Of a DNA stretch of 64,000 bases, positions 43,787-53,031 are shown one piece after another. Under the pieces are notes generated by a model. It ran no database searches. It was not told where the DNA came from and worked only from the letters and a program-made list of their open reading frames with translations. Position 1 is the stretch's first letter. Each line of letters begins with the position of its first letter. The position numbers and the translations under genes are program-made. The stretch covers positions 962 through 64,961 of the forward strand of contig CAAFLX010000021.1 of assembly GCA_900763875.1 (NCBI GenBank), read 5' to 3'. Source of the stretch: Clostridia bacterium (GTDB taxonomy: Bacteria; Bacillota; Clostridia; Christensenellales; CAG-917).

Positions 43787-45055
43787 CTAATCGGCTCTTT
43801 TCATAATTTTGAGAATGTCAACATCATCGGAGGGCGCAACTATGGACGAACACACTTGATTGAAGTCGAATATCTCTTTCGCGCTTTTCAAAACGTCCTC
43901 TTTGGTGATTGCATCAATGCTCTTTATGCGCTTGTCAAAGTCGTAAAGTTCACCCGTTTGCAGCGCGTGTCCACCAAAGGTGCGCATCATTGCCGAGGTG
44001 CTTTCCTGCCCCAAAACAAGAGAGGTTTTGAGCTGTTCTTTGCCCTTGTTAAGCTCATCGTCACTCACTCCTTTTTCAAGAAGAAGGTCGATTTCTTCCC
44101 TTATTGCCTCAACCGCTTTTTCGGCGTTTTTAGGGCTTGTGGCGGTGTAAATCACAAACGCACCGTTGTTTTGATAAGAGGACGGATAGCCGTAAATCGT
44201 GTAGCAAAGCCCCAGTTTTTCACGCACGCTTTGAAAAAGTCGAGAGGACATTTCCATGCTGAAAATGATGCTCATAAGTTGCATCGGAATGCAACGAGGG
44301 TCGTTATAGGGATAGGACGGAAAAGCAAACGCGACGTGCGCTTGTTCGATATTCTTTTTACGCTTGCACGAGCTTGAATGAGACGGGCGCGCGTTGATGG
44401 GCGTTTGAGCGTATTGCACGTCCTTTGCAAACTTGTCCTCAAAGAATTTTTTTGCGATTGCAATCGCTTGCTCCTCTGTGAGGTTGCCGGCAATGGACAG
44501 TACGGTGTTTTTGGCGACGTAGTGCTTGTCGTGATAGGCTTTGAGGGTGTCGCTCGTCATATCTTTGAGGGTTTTCTTTGTGCCGAGAATGGCTTTTTCA
44601 AGCGGACAGCCCTTGAAGTAGAGGCACAAAAGTCGCTCTAAACAGAGGTCGTCGGGCGTGTCCTCACTTTCGTTTATCTCCTCGATGACAACTCTGCGCT
44701 CCTTGTCCAACTCAACGGGGTCGAAGGCAGGGTTGAAGTACATATCCGACAGCACGTCGGCGCACTTTTCGGCGTTGGTATCGATGGATACCGTGTGGAA
44801 ACAGGTGTAACTTTTTGCGGTGAATGCGTTGATTTGCGCGCCTATGGAATCGATTTCGTTTACGATGTCAAACGCACTTCTCTTGGTCGTGCCCTTGAAC
44901 ACCATATGCTCGATGAAGTGAGAAATGCCCGCAATTTCAGGCGTTTCTTTCACCACACCCGCTCCGACGAATACGCCGATAGCCACCGACCTTACGGCGG
45001 TGTTTTGAACAAACACAAGTTTCATTCCGCTTTCAAATTCAATCATTTTTTGCAT
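43787..45055 (-). CDS. M16-family zinc peptidase (MlpA/YmxG-like)
   Basis: HFIEHMVFKGT is the inverted HxxEH zinc motif. I start at the ATG at 45055 (MQKMIEFESGMKLVFV). The 148 extra N-terminal codons in the ORF track are antisense to the deacetylase gene. Confidence 0.85.
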   Translation of the reverse strand: MQKMIEFESGMKLVFVQNTAVRSVAIGVFVGAGVVKETPEIAGISHFIEHMVFKGTTKRSAFDIVNEIDSIGAQINAFTAKSYTCFHTVSIDTNAEKCADVLSDMYFNPAFDPVELDKERRVVIEEINESEDTPDDLCLERLLCLYFKGCPLEKAILGTKKTLKDMTSDTLKAYHDKHYVAKNTVLSIAGNLTEEQAIAIAKKFFEDKFAKDVQYAQTPINARPSHSSSCKRKKNIEQAHVAFAFPSYPYNDPRCIPMQLMSIIFSMEMSSRLFQSVREKLGLCYTIYGYPSSYQNNGAFVIYTATSPKNAEKAVEAIREEIDLLLEKGVSDDELNKGKEQLKTSLVLGQESTSAMMRTFGGHALQTGELYDFDKRIKSIDAITKEDVLKSAKEIFDFNQVCSSIVAPSDDVDILKIMKRAD

Positions 45056-45061
45056 AACGCT

Positions 45062-45089
45062 ATTATACCACATAGTTTGAAAGTAGCAA
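45062..45089 (-). promoter_or_regulatory. extended -10 promoter 6 nt from the M16 ATG (possible leaderless mRNA)
   Basis: Minus strand: TTGCTA-16 nt-(TGg)TATAAT-agcgtt-ATG. No SD is present. Confidence 0.45.
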
Positions 45090-45103
45090 TCATATTTTAT
45101 GGT

Positions 45104-45820
45104 ATGAACGAAACGAGATTCCGCAATTTTTGTGCAAATTTTGTCATAGCGTCGATTCTTTTGATTGTTTTCGGCGTATCTTTCGCGGCGGCGTATCAAA
45201 AACCGCCCGAAACTCAACAGGTCAACGTGGCAATTTACAGCGGTAAATCGACAGATAGCGTCGCGCTGACTTTCAACGTGTACGAGCGCGCCGACAACGT
45301 TGCCAAAATCGCCGAAATACTTGACGAATACTCTTTCAAAGCCACCTTTTTCGTGGGCGGTTGCTGGGCTGGCAAAAACGGCGATACTATCCTCAAACTC
45401 GCTTCGGCAGGTCACGAGATAGGCAATCACGGCTATTCGCATCAAAATCACGCAAAACTCAACGAACAGCGCAACAACGAAGAAATACGCATAACCCAAA
45501 AAATTATAGATTCCTCTTTGTCCGCCCTGCCAAACTACAAAAACTCAAAACTCTTTGCACCGCCGAGCGGAAGTATGGGCAGCGCAATGTTTGCCGCTTG
45601 CAAAGACCTCGGCTACACCGTCATAATGTGGACTCGCGACACGATAGACTGGCGCGACCACAATCCGAACGTCATTTACGAGCGCGCAACAAAAAACATA
45701 AAATCGGGCGATATTATCCTTATGCACCCCACCGATGCAACCGTCGCCGCTCTCCCAAAAATCCTAGACTATGTCAAGTCCCAAAACCTCAAAGCGGACG
45801 TTGTAAGCAATGTTATATAA
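45104..45820 (+). CDS. NodB-fold polysaccharide deacetylase, YlxY/PdaB-like
   Basis: 238 aa from the ATG at 45104, with an N-terminal TM helix. TFNVYE..., TFFVGGCW, GHEIGNHGYSH, IILMHP. Synteny with pnp and the M16 peptidase matches B. subtilis ylxY. Confidence 0.8.
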   Translation: MNETRFRNFCANFVIASILLIVFGVSFAAAYQKPPETQQVNVAIYSGKSTDSVALTFNVYERADNVAKIAEILDEYSFKATFFVGGCWAGKNGDTILKLASAGHEIGNHGYSHQNHAKLNEQRNNEEIRITQKIIDSSLSALPNYKNSKLFAPPSGSMGSAMFAACKDLGYTVIMWTRDTIDWRDHNPNVIYERATKNIKSGDIILMHPTDATVAALPKILDYVKSQNLKADVVSNVI

Positions 45821-45878
45821 ACAATATGCCGCCACACATCAAGCGTGTAGCGGCATATTGTTTATCTTGTTTTTTTTA
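45821..45878. terminator. strong bidirectional terminator between convergent deacetylase and pnp
   Basis: CAATATGCCGC...GCGGCATATTG is an 11-bp perfect stem with an inner ACAC/GTGT stem, followed by TTTATCTTGTTTTTTTT. Confidence 0.85.
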
Positions 45879-45910
45879 TTTGGTATGGCAGTTATTGCCA
45901 AACTTTGCGC

Positions 45911-48025
45911 TTAGGCTTTTGCGATGATTTCTTTGAGGCGCAAATCAACTCTGTGTTTCTCGTCAATCTTGATGACCTTGACAAGAACGATGTCGCCGAC
46001 ATTTACAACGTCGGTGACTTTGTCAACGCGTTGGTCGGAGAGTTTGGAGATGTGAATCATGCCGTCTTTGCCGGGAGCAAAGTTGACTGACGCACCGAAT
46101 TGACCCTTGTCGTTTTCCATAATCTTGGTGACTTTGCCTTCGTACACGTCGCCCACTTCAACGTCGCGGACGATGTTTTCGATGATGGTGCGAGCCTTTT
46201 TGATTGCTGCGTCGTCGCTCGATGCGATGAAGATTGTGCCTTCGTCGTTGATGTCGATTTTGACGCCGGTATCTTCGATGATCTTGTTAATGGTCTTGCC
46301 GCCCGTGCCGATGACGTCGCGGATCTTGTCGGGATCGATTGCAAAGGACACGATCTTGGGAGCAAACTTGCTCAAATCCGCTCTAGGTCCGGGAAGAGTT
46401 GAGAGCATCTTGCCGAGGATTTCGAGTCTGCCGATTCTTGCTTGTTCAAGAGCGCGAGTGAGGATTTCCTCATCGATGCCTTTGATTTTGATGTCCATTT
46501 GGATTGCGGTGATACCTTCTGTCGTGCCTGCAACTTTGAAGTCCATATCGCCGAGGAAGTCTTCAAGACCTTGAATATCGGTGAGCACTGCGACTTTGTG
46601 GCTCTCCTCGTTTTTGATAAGACCCATTGCGATGCCCGCCACGGGTGCTTTGATGGGGACGCCTGCGTCCATAAGAGCGAGCGTGCTGCCGCAAACGGAT
46701 GCTTGAGAAGTAGAACCGTTGGAGCTCAAAATGTCGGATACCGTGCGGATTGCATAGGGGAATTCTTCTTCGGAAGGAAGAACGGGTTCGAGAGCGCGCT
46801 CTGCAAGTGCGCCGTGACCGATTTCACGACGACCGGGGCTCTTGAGTGCCTTTGCCTCGCCTGTGGAGTAGCCGGGCATATTGTATTGATGCATATATCT
46901 CTTGTAGTAGTCGTCGTCAAGACCTTCGAGCTTTTGAGCCTCGCTTATCGTGCCGAGAGTGCAAGTGGTGAGGGCTTGAGTTTGACCTCTTGTGAACACT
47001 GCGCTGCCGTGAACGCGCGGGAGCATACCGACTTCGCACCAGATGGGACGAATCTCGGTGAGGGCTCTTCCGTCGGGACGTACTCCGCCGTCGAGAATCT
47101 TTGCGCGGACTTTCTCTTTCTTGAGATAGTAGAGGCTGTCGAGAATGAATTTGGTTCTCTTTGGCTCATCGCTCCAATCGTCTGCAAAGTGAGCAAGCAC
47201 GTCAACGTTGAGCGCGTCCTCTCTCTCCTCTCTTTCATAGCGGTCGAACGCTTCGAGAACGTAGTCCATTTTCTCGTTTGCATAAGCTCTGACTGCCTCG
47301 TTGATGTTGTCGGGGATATGTTCGAGATCCATATCGAGTTTGGGCTTGCCGACTTCTTTTTGAATCTCCTCGATGAAAGTCACGATTTTTTTGATTTCTT
47401 CGTGACCGAACATAATTGCGCCGAGCATTTCTTTTTCGGTGATGACGTCTGCGCCTGCTTCAACCATCATAATTGCGTCTTTCGTGCCGCTGAGGTTGAG
47501 GGTAAGACGAGATTTTGCGCGTTGTGCGCTATCGGGGTTGATGACGTACTCTCCGTCCACCATCCCGACTACAACCGAGCCTGTCGGGCCTGCCCAAGGA
47601 ATGTCGCTTATCGAAAGCGCGACGGATGAGCCTATCATGCCGAAAACTTCGGGGGGAATGTTGGTGTCAACAGACAAAACCGTTGCGATGACTGTGACGT
47701 CGTTGTAAAGTCCCTTGGGGAAAAGCGGACGAATGGGTCTGTCGATAAGACGCGAGGTGAGAATTGCTTTGTCGCTTGCTCTACCCTCTCTCTTTTTGAA
47801 TCCGCCGGGGATTTTGCCGATTGCGTACATTTTCTCTTCGTAGTCAACGCTCAAAGGGAAAAAGTCCATACCGTCACGGGGTGCTTTGCTCATAGTCGCA
47901 TTGACCATAACCACCGTGTCGCCGCAACGCACGATGCAAGAGCCGTTGGATTGCGAGCAGTATGCGCCTGTTTCGACGGTCATTTCTCTGCCGCCTATCG
48001 TTGTCTTGAAAATTCTTCTTTCCAT
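45911..48025 (-). CDS. pnp: polyribonucleotide nucleotidyltransferase (PNPase)
   Basis: 704 aa with two RNase PH domains, a KH domain (GTGGKTINKIIEDTG) and an S1 domain. AAGGAG RBS. Confidence 0.97.
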   Translation of the reverse strand: MERRIFKTTIGGREMTVETGAYCSQSNGSCIVRCGDTVVMVNATMSKAPRDGMDFFPLSVDYEEKMYAIGKIPGGFKKREGRASDKAILTSRLIDRPIRPLFPKGLYNDVTVIATVLSVDTNIPPEVFGMIGSSVALSISDIPWAGPTGSVVVGMVDGEYVINPDSAQRAKSRLTLNLSGTKDAIMMVEAGADVITEKEMLGAIMFGHEEIKKIVTFIEEIQKEVGKPKLDMDLEHIPDNINEAVRAYANEKMDYVLEAFDRYEREEREDALNVDVLAHFADDWSDEPKRTKFILDSLYYLKKEKVRAKILDGGVRPDGRALTEIRPIWCEVGMLPRVHGSAVFTRGQTQALTTCTLGTISEAQKLEGLDDDYYKRYMHQYNMPGYSTGEAKALKSPGRREIGHGALAERALEPVLPSEEEFPYAIRTVSDILSSNGSTSQASVCGSTLALMDAGVPIKAPVAGIAMGLIKNEESHKVAVLTDIQGLEDFLGDMDFKVAGTTEGITAIQMDIKIKGIDEEILTRALEQARIGRLEILGKMLSTLPGPRADLSKFAPKIVSFAIDPDKIRDVIGTGGKTINKIIEDTGVKIDINDEGTIFIASSDDAAIKKARTIIENIVRDVEVGDVYEGKVTKIMENDKGQFGASVNFAPGKDGMIHISKLSDQRVDKVTDVVNVGDIVLVKVIKIDEKHRVDLRLKEIIAKA

Positions 48026-48118
48026 AAATTGTCTCCTTCTGGGAATTCCGTCATTCCCGTTTTATCCGCAAAAAGCGGTTTATTTTTTATTTTTTCCGCA
48101 CCGAGATGCGTTTATTCC

Positions 48119-48149
48119 AAAAAAAACGGGTGCAGTAAAACCACACCCG
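48119..48149 (-). terminator. rpsO terminator / attenuator upstream of pnp
   Basis: Minus strand: CGGGTG-tggttttact-GCACCCG followed by TTTTTTTT. Confidence 0.8.
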
Positions 48150-48157
48150 AACGTTTG

Positions 48158-48421
48158 TTACTTTCTCAAACCAAGAGCAGATACGATTGCACGGTATCTC
48201 TCGATGTCCATCTCTTTGAGATAGTTGAGAAGGTTTCTTCTGTGACCAACCATCATAAGAAGTCCGCGACGGCTGTGATGATCCTTTGGGTGATTCTTAA
48301 GATGCTCGGTGAGCTCTGCAATGCGCGCAGTCAAAAGTGCGATTTGAACTTCGGGAGAACCCGTGTCGCCTTCCTTGCGAGCATACTTTGCGATGATTTC
48401 TTGCTTTGTTGTTTTATCCAT
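48158..48421 (-). CDS. rpsO: 30S ribosomal protein S15
   Basis: 87 aa. [34 protein letters not shown]...[19 protein letters not shown]. The ORF track start is at 48520. Confidence 0.95.
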   Translation of the reverse strand: MDKTTKQEIIAKYARKEGDTGSPEVQIALLTARIAELTEHLKNHPKDHHSRRGLLMMVGHRRNLLNYLKEMDIERYRAIVSALGLRK

Positions 48422-48505
48422 TGTTTTGCCTCCTTCGTTGGATAAATAATACGCTTTCAACCAAGTAGCGACTCGGAGATTTGTCGCAACCTCGTCGAAA
48501 GTACG
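48422..48505 (-). promoter_or_regulatory. structured rpsO 5' leader (candidate S15 autoregulatory element)
   Basis: There are two hairpins on the minus strand, CTCGT-actttcg-ACGAG and GCGAC-aaatctccga-GTCGC, between the predicted TSS and the RBS. Confidence 0.35.
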
Positions 48506-48510
48506 AGAAG

Positions 48511-48539
48511 ATACTACCACATAAAAACGCCGATGTAAA
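48511..48539 (-). promoter_or_regulatory. sigma-A-type promoter of rpsO
   Basis: Minus strand: TTTACA-17 nt-(TGg)TAGTAT. Confidence 0.5.
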
Positions 48540-48647
48540 TTGTTTTTGCCAATTTGAGGAAAAATAATTACACAATGACAATTATAATATATTAATACCC
48601 TCCGTTCGCCGCTTTCGCTCGCCGCCCAAAGGGAAAAATCAAAACCC

Positions 48648-50057
48648 TCAAATATGAAAATTCTTTTGCCTATCCAACATCTCGTCGATGTGTTTTATGT
48701 ATTCGATTGGCTCTTTATAGTTGGCGCAACGAGTGATAAGATTGCGCTTTTTGTCCCATTTTTTTGAGATGGCGTTTGCGCCGTTTGCGATAATGGACGT
48801 GTCCTCTTCCATAATGTCAACGTTATATATGCAGGCTTTTCTAGGCTTGGCATAGCCGACGTTTTCGAGGTTGCCGCTGGTGTATTTTTGGCGATACATA
48901 TAGTATGGCTCATACCCCGATGAGGTGAGTTTTTGATAGGCGTAATCAACCATTTGCGATGCGGTTTCAAAGTCGGTGTTGTCGTAGCCCGCTTGTTTGA
49001 GCGCAGAACCTTTTTTCATATAGAGCGTATGCACGGTGACGTTTGCAGGGTTGAGCGCAACGGCAATATCCACGCTCCGCTTGAAGTCGTCAATGCTTTC
49101 GCCCGGCAGACACGCAATCAAATCCATATTGACGTCAAATTTGTCCTTGACGAGCATATATGCGTTGTAGGTGTCCGCGCTCTTGTGCTTGCGCCCTATG
49201 ATTTCGAGGGTTTTGTCGTTGAAAGTTTGAGGATTTACCGAAACTCTCGTCACGCCGTGTTTTTGCAAAACGCGAACGATATCCTCGTTTATAGTGTCGG
49301 GACGACCTGCCTCGACGGTAAATTCCTTTGCGCCGAAGTGACACCCTTCGAGCACCCTGTCGAGCAATTCCGCTCCGATGGAAGTAGGAGTGCCTCCGCC
49401 GACGTACACCGCCCGAATTTTGAGGCGTTTTTTCTCGATGATTTGCTTTGTTTGTTCAAGCTCGCGCACAAGGCAATCGACGTATGGAGCAACCAGTTTC
49501 TTCTGTTTGTCTATGGGCAGACTCACAAAGGAGCAATATGCGCATCTAGTGGGGCAAAACGGTATGAAAACAAACACGTCGTACTGCCTTGACGACTTGT
49601 TGCGAATGGGCTTTTGCACCTCGACAATCTTTTCGATAAGCTCGACTTTGCCCTCGCTCACGCTATAATCGTTCAAAAAGGTATCGCGTGCAGATTTCAA
49701 GTATCTATCCGCCTCGTTTTCAATTTCACAATATAGTTTCGTTGGACGAATACCCGTAAGACAGCCGTAGGGCAAATTTACGTTCAAAAGAAAACTCAAA
49801 GTGCGATAAATTGCGATTTTAAGGTATCTTTTTTCAACTCTTTTGCGCTCCAATTCGCCCTCGGTTTCAATCTTGAAAACATAGTTTTTGACAAAGCCGT
49901 CAAACTTGTCCGAGGTGATTTTCACCTTGAAAACGCCATCGAAATTCGCATATTCGACGGCAAGCGAAATATTCTCGTTAGAGCGAGATTCAAACGGCCT
50001 TACAAGCTCCATAAGGTCATTGAGGTATTCTTCATTGGAAATGGAAAAATCAATCAT
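48648..50057 (-). CDS. HemN-like radical SAM protein, HemZ-type coproporphyrinogen dehydrogenase family
   Basis: 469 aa. [10 protein letters not shown] is a CxxxCxxC radical SAM motif. Confidence 0.75.
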   Translation of the reverse strand: MIDFSISNEEYLNDLMELVRPFESRSNENISLAVEYANFDGVFKVKITSDKFDGFVKNYVFKIETEGELERKRVEKRYLKIAIYRTLSFLLNVNLPYGCLTGIRPTKLYCEIENEADRYLKSARDTFLNDYSVSEGKVELIEKIVEVQKPIRNKSSRQYDVFVFIPFCPTRCAYCSFVSLPIDKQKKLVAPYVDCLVRELEQTKQIIEKKRLKIRAVYVGGGTPTSIGAELLDRVLEGCHFGAKEFTVEAGRPDTINEDIVRVLQKHGVTRVSVNPQTFNDKTLEIIGRKHKSADTYNAYMLVKDKFDVNMDLIACLPGESIDDFKRSVDIAVALNPANVTVHTLYMKKGSALKQAGYDNTDFETASQMVDYAYQKLTSSGYEPYYMYRQKYTSGNLENVGYAKPRKACIYNVDIMEEDTSIIANGANAISKKWDKKRNLITRCANYKEPIEYIKHIDEMLDRQKNFHI

Positions 50058-50066
50058 CTATTCGGG

Positions 50067-50747
50067 TCAATCCGCAGTTATACGCGGCGCGTCATCAAGT
50101 ATGGGGTTGTTGATTCTCTCAAAATCGAGGGTTGTCGGCTCGCCGTGACCGGGCAAAACCGTGTAGTTGCCATCAAGGGAAAAGAGCTTGTTTACGATGG
50201 AATTTTTGATTTCTTTTTCGCTCCCGTCGTAAAAGTCAGTGCGCCCGAACGAGGTGAAAAACAGCGTGTCGCCTGCAAAAATCTTGTTGCCGACAACATA
50301 GCAAACGCTGCCTTTTGAGTGCCCCGGGGTGTGAATCACTTTGACTTCAAGCCCTGCGATATTCAATTTTTCACCGCCTTTTAGGAGTATATCGGGGGTG
50401 AAATTCTCAACCATTACACCCATTGCAAAGCCCATATTTTTGTATGACGATATTTTTTCAAGTTCGTCCGAGTGCAAAAACACGGCGGGCACGTCGGCAA
50501 GATTTTCTTTTCCGTCCTCTCCTTTCGAGCATAGACGGCAAAGCTCTGCAACGCCTGCGATATGGTCAAAATGCGCGTGCGTGAGCAAAATCGCCTCTAT
50601 TTTGGCTTTGTTTTGCTTGAATTTTGCAAAAATATCATCTGCGTCGCCGCCCGGATCGATCACGAATCCCCTATCGCCGTTTATAACGATATAGGTGTTC
50701 ACGTCAAGCGGGCCTGTGTACAGATGCAAAAATTTTACGTCCGTCAT
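50067..50747 (-). CDS. MBL-fold metallo-hydrolase (glyoxalase II-like)
   Basis: 226 aa. THAHFDHIAG, HTPGHS. Confidence 0.85.
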   Translation of the reverse strand: MTDVKFLHLYTGPLDVNTYIVINGDRGFVIDPGGDADDIFAKFKQNKAKIEAILLTHAHFDHIAGVAELCRLCSKGEDGKENLADVPAVFLHSDELEKISSYKNMGFAMGVMVENFTPDILLKGGEKLNIAGLEVKVIHTPGHSKGSVCYVVGNKIFAGDTLFFTSFGRTDFYDGSEKEIKNSIVNKLFSLDGNYTVLPGHGEPTTLDFERINNPILDDAPRITAD

Positions 50748-52885
50748 CTTCTCACCTCTATAACGCCGTCGATATTGCGGATTTGTCTGACAAGTTCCTC
50801 AAGTTCGCTTGCCTTGGATATTTGGACGGTTACGATAATCTCGGCTATGCCTGCTTTTTCGTCCACGCGGACGTTTGCGGCGGATATACCAAGCCTTGCG
50901 TTTGCGATGTGCGTGGTGATTGCCGCAAGCAAACCGCCCTTATTTTCGCAAACAATGGTGAGAGAGGCATTGAATCTCTCCTCGCCGTCGCTGTCCCAAC
51001 TTGCCTGAATGAGTCTTTCGTCCTCCATACCCTTGACGTTGGGGCAATCTTTTCTGTGAATTGAAACGCCTCTGCCGCGGGAGATATATCCGACTATATC
51101 GTCGCCCGGCACGGGGGAACAGCACTGTGCCATACGCACGGTGAAGTTCGCGTTGCCGTTGACCAACACGCCGCTCTTGGAGTGCTTTCTGGGCTTTTGC
51201 TCGGTGATGGGTATGCCCGCTTCGGTGACTGGCAGAGTGTGGTCTTCCTTTTTGAAGTCCTGAATGATTTTTGTCAGGACTTGGCTTGTGGTAAGTCCGC
51301 CGAATCCGACCGCCGCGTACAAATCGTCCTCGCTGCTCATTGCATGGCGTTGAAGTATGCTTGAAAGAATGTCGGGCGTGAATATATCCGCAAGTGCATA
51401 TCCTCTGCGTTTCGCCTCTTTTTCGAGCATTTCCTTGCCGCGAGTGATGTTTTCGTCCTTCTTTTCCTTCTTAAAGTACGCGCGAATCTTGGAGCGCGCA
51501 GACGCCGTATGCACGTATTTGAGCCAGTCGAGGCTAGGCCCTTTCGAGGCATTTGAGGTGATAATCTCAACGATATCGCCGTTTTGGAGCTTTGTCGAGA
51601 GCGGCACCATACGCTTGTTTATCTTTGCGCCGATGCACTTGTTTCCGATTGCGGAGTGGATTTTGTACGCCAAATCGAGGGGGGTTGAGCCGACGGGCAA
51701 GTCGAAAACGTCGCCCTTCGGAGTGAAAACGAACACCTCATCGTCAAAGACGTTGATTTTGACGGCGTCCATAAACTCTTTTGCGCCGTCGATGTCCTTT
51801 TGCGCGTCCATAACCTCGCGCAGCCAGCGGACTTTGCTGTCGAGTTCGCTGTCCTTGCCCGTTGTGCCTTCCTTATACTTCCAATGCGCGGCAACGCCGT
51901 ACTCTGCAATCTTGTGCATTTCGTAAGTTCGGATTTGAATCTCGAACGTCTCGTTGTACTGCGTCATAACGGTGGTGTGCAACGACTGATAGTTGTTGGC
52001 TTTGGGCATTGCGATATAGTCCTTAAACCGCCCCGGCATCGGCTTCCACATCGTGTGAATTTCGCCGAGCATCGTATAGCAATCCTTGACGCTGTCCACG
52101 ATGATTCTCACCGCAAGCAAGTCGTAGATTTGGTCTATATCGATATGCAGATTGTGCATTTTTTTGTAGACGGAATAGAAGTGTTTCGGACGTCCGTTCA
52201 CCTCGCCGTGTACGCCCATTTCTTTGAGTTTGCCCTCGATTTGCTTGCAAATGGCGTTCAAAAAACCTTGCCTTTCCGTCTTCTTTTTGGCAACGTTTTC
52301 GGCGATATATTTGTACTCTGCAGGCAACAAATACTTCATCGCCAAGTCTTCGAGTTCACACTTGAAGAAGGAGATACCCAGTCTGCCTGCAAGTGGCGCA
52401 TAAATGTCGAGCGTCTCTTTTGCGATGCGTTTTTGCTTTTCGACGGGAAGATATTGCAAAGAGCGCATATTGTGCAAACGGTCGGCAAGTTTGATGATGA
52501 TAACCCTCAAATCCTTTGCCATCGCAACGAAAATCTTTCTGAAATTTTCCGCTTGCGCCTCTTCCCTATTGACAAATTGCAGTTTGTCGAGTTTTGTCAC
52601 GCCCTCGACAAGTTCGACAATCTCGTCGCCGAATTGCTCGCGAAGTTCGTCGTAAGTGACGGCGGTATCCTCCAAAACGTCATGCAAAAACGCGGCTATG
52701 ACCGTTGATGAGTCAAAGCCGAAATCCGCAAGGATTTCCACCACGGCGCAGGGGTGAATGAAATAGTCTTCTCCCGAGCTTCTTTTTTGTCCGCGGTGAG
52801 CCTCCTCGGCAAAATCATGCGCTTTTTTGATTTCCGCATAATTCGTCGGATAGGTTTTTCTGAGTTTTACAAGCAATTCGTCCAT
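50744..52885 (-). CDS. relA: bifunctional (p)ppGpp synthetase/hydrolase
   Basis: HD domain (HRGQKRSSGEDYFIHP), RelA/SpoT synthetase (YQSLHTTV), TGS and ACT domains. I prefer the ATG at 52885 (MDELLVKLRK); the ORF track uses GTG at 52918. Confidence 0.93.
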   Translation of the reverse strand: MDELLVKLRKTYPTNYAEIKKAHDFAEEAHRGQKRSSGEDYFIHPCAVVEILADFGFDSSTVIAAFLHDVLEDTAVTYDELREQFGDEIVELVEGVTKLDKLQFVNREEAQAENFRKIFVAMAKDLRVIIIKLADRLHNMRSLQYLPVEKQKRIAKETLDIYAPLAGRLGISFFKCELEDLAMKYLLPAEYKYIAENVAKKKTERQGFLNAICKQIEGKLKEMGVHGEVNGRPKHFYSVYKKMHNLHIDIDQIYDLLAVRIIVDSVKDCYTMLGEIHTMWKPMPGRFKDYIAMPKANNYQSLHTTVMTQYNETFEIQIRTYEMHKIAEYGVAAHWKYKEGTTGKDSELDSKVRWLREVMDAQKDIDGAKEFMDAVKINVFDDEVFVFTPKGDVFDLPVGSTPLDLAYKIHSAIGNKCIGAKINKRMVPLSTKLQNGDIVEIITSNASKGPSLDWLKYVHTASARSKIRAYFKKEKKDENITRGKEMLEKEAKRRGYALADIFTPDILSSILQRHAMSSEDDLYAAVGFGGLTTSQVLTKIIQDFKKEDHTLPVTEAGIPITEQKPRKHSKSGVLVNGNANFTVRMAQCCSPVPGDDIVGYISRGRGVSIHRKDCPNVKGMEDERLIQASWDSDGEERFNASLTIVCENKGGLLAAITTHIANARLGISAANVRVDEKAGIAEIIVTVQISKASELEELVRQIRNIDGVIEVRR

Positions 52886-52962
52886 ATATTTTGTTTGTAG
52901 TTGTGCGCCTATGCGCACGGTTTTGTGCGATTTTGCGCACTTTTTTGCTTTGATAATACAAT

Positions 52963-52991
52963 ATTATACTTTATAAAACAAAACATTGCAA
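52963..52991 (-). promoter_or_regulatory. sigma-A-type promoter of relA
   Basis: Minus strand: TTGCAA-17 nt-TATAAT. The leader holds two GTGCG(C)...CGCAC hairpins. Confidence 0.55.
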
Positions 52992-53031
52992 TACGGCAAA
53001 AAGGCGAAAACGCAAAAAATTGAGTCAAATT

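Noticed and set aside
43536-43790. 84-aa plus-strand ORF between ftsK and the M16 peptidase gene; also considered as a CRISPR-like repeat array.
   Set aside because: The ORF has no RBS and is simply the translation of tandem DNA repeats. It also runs through a terminator hairpin. There are only 2-3 contiguous repeat units with no spacers, so it is not a CRISPR array.
45056-45499. 148-codon N-terminal extension of the M16 peptidase ORF.
   Set aside because: It is antisense to the deacetylase gene, shows no peptidase homology, and a promoter sits immediately upstream of the internal ATG at 45055.
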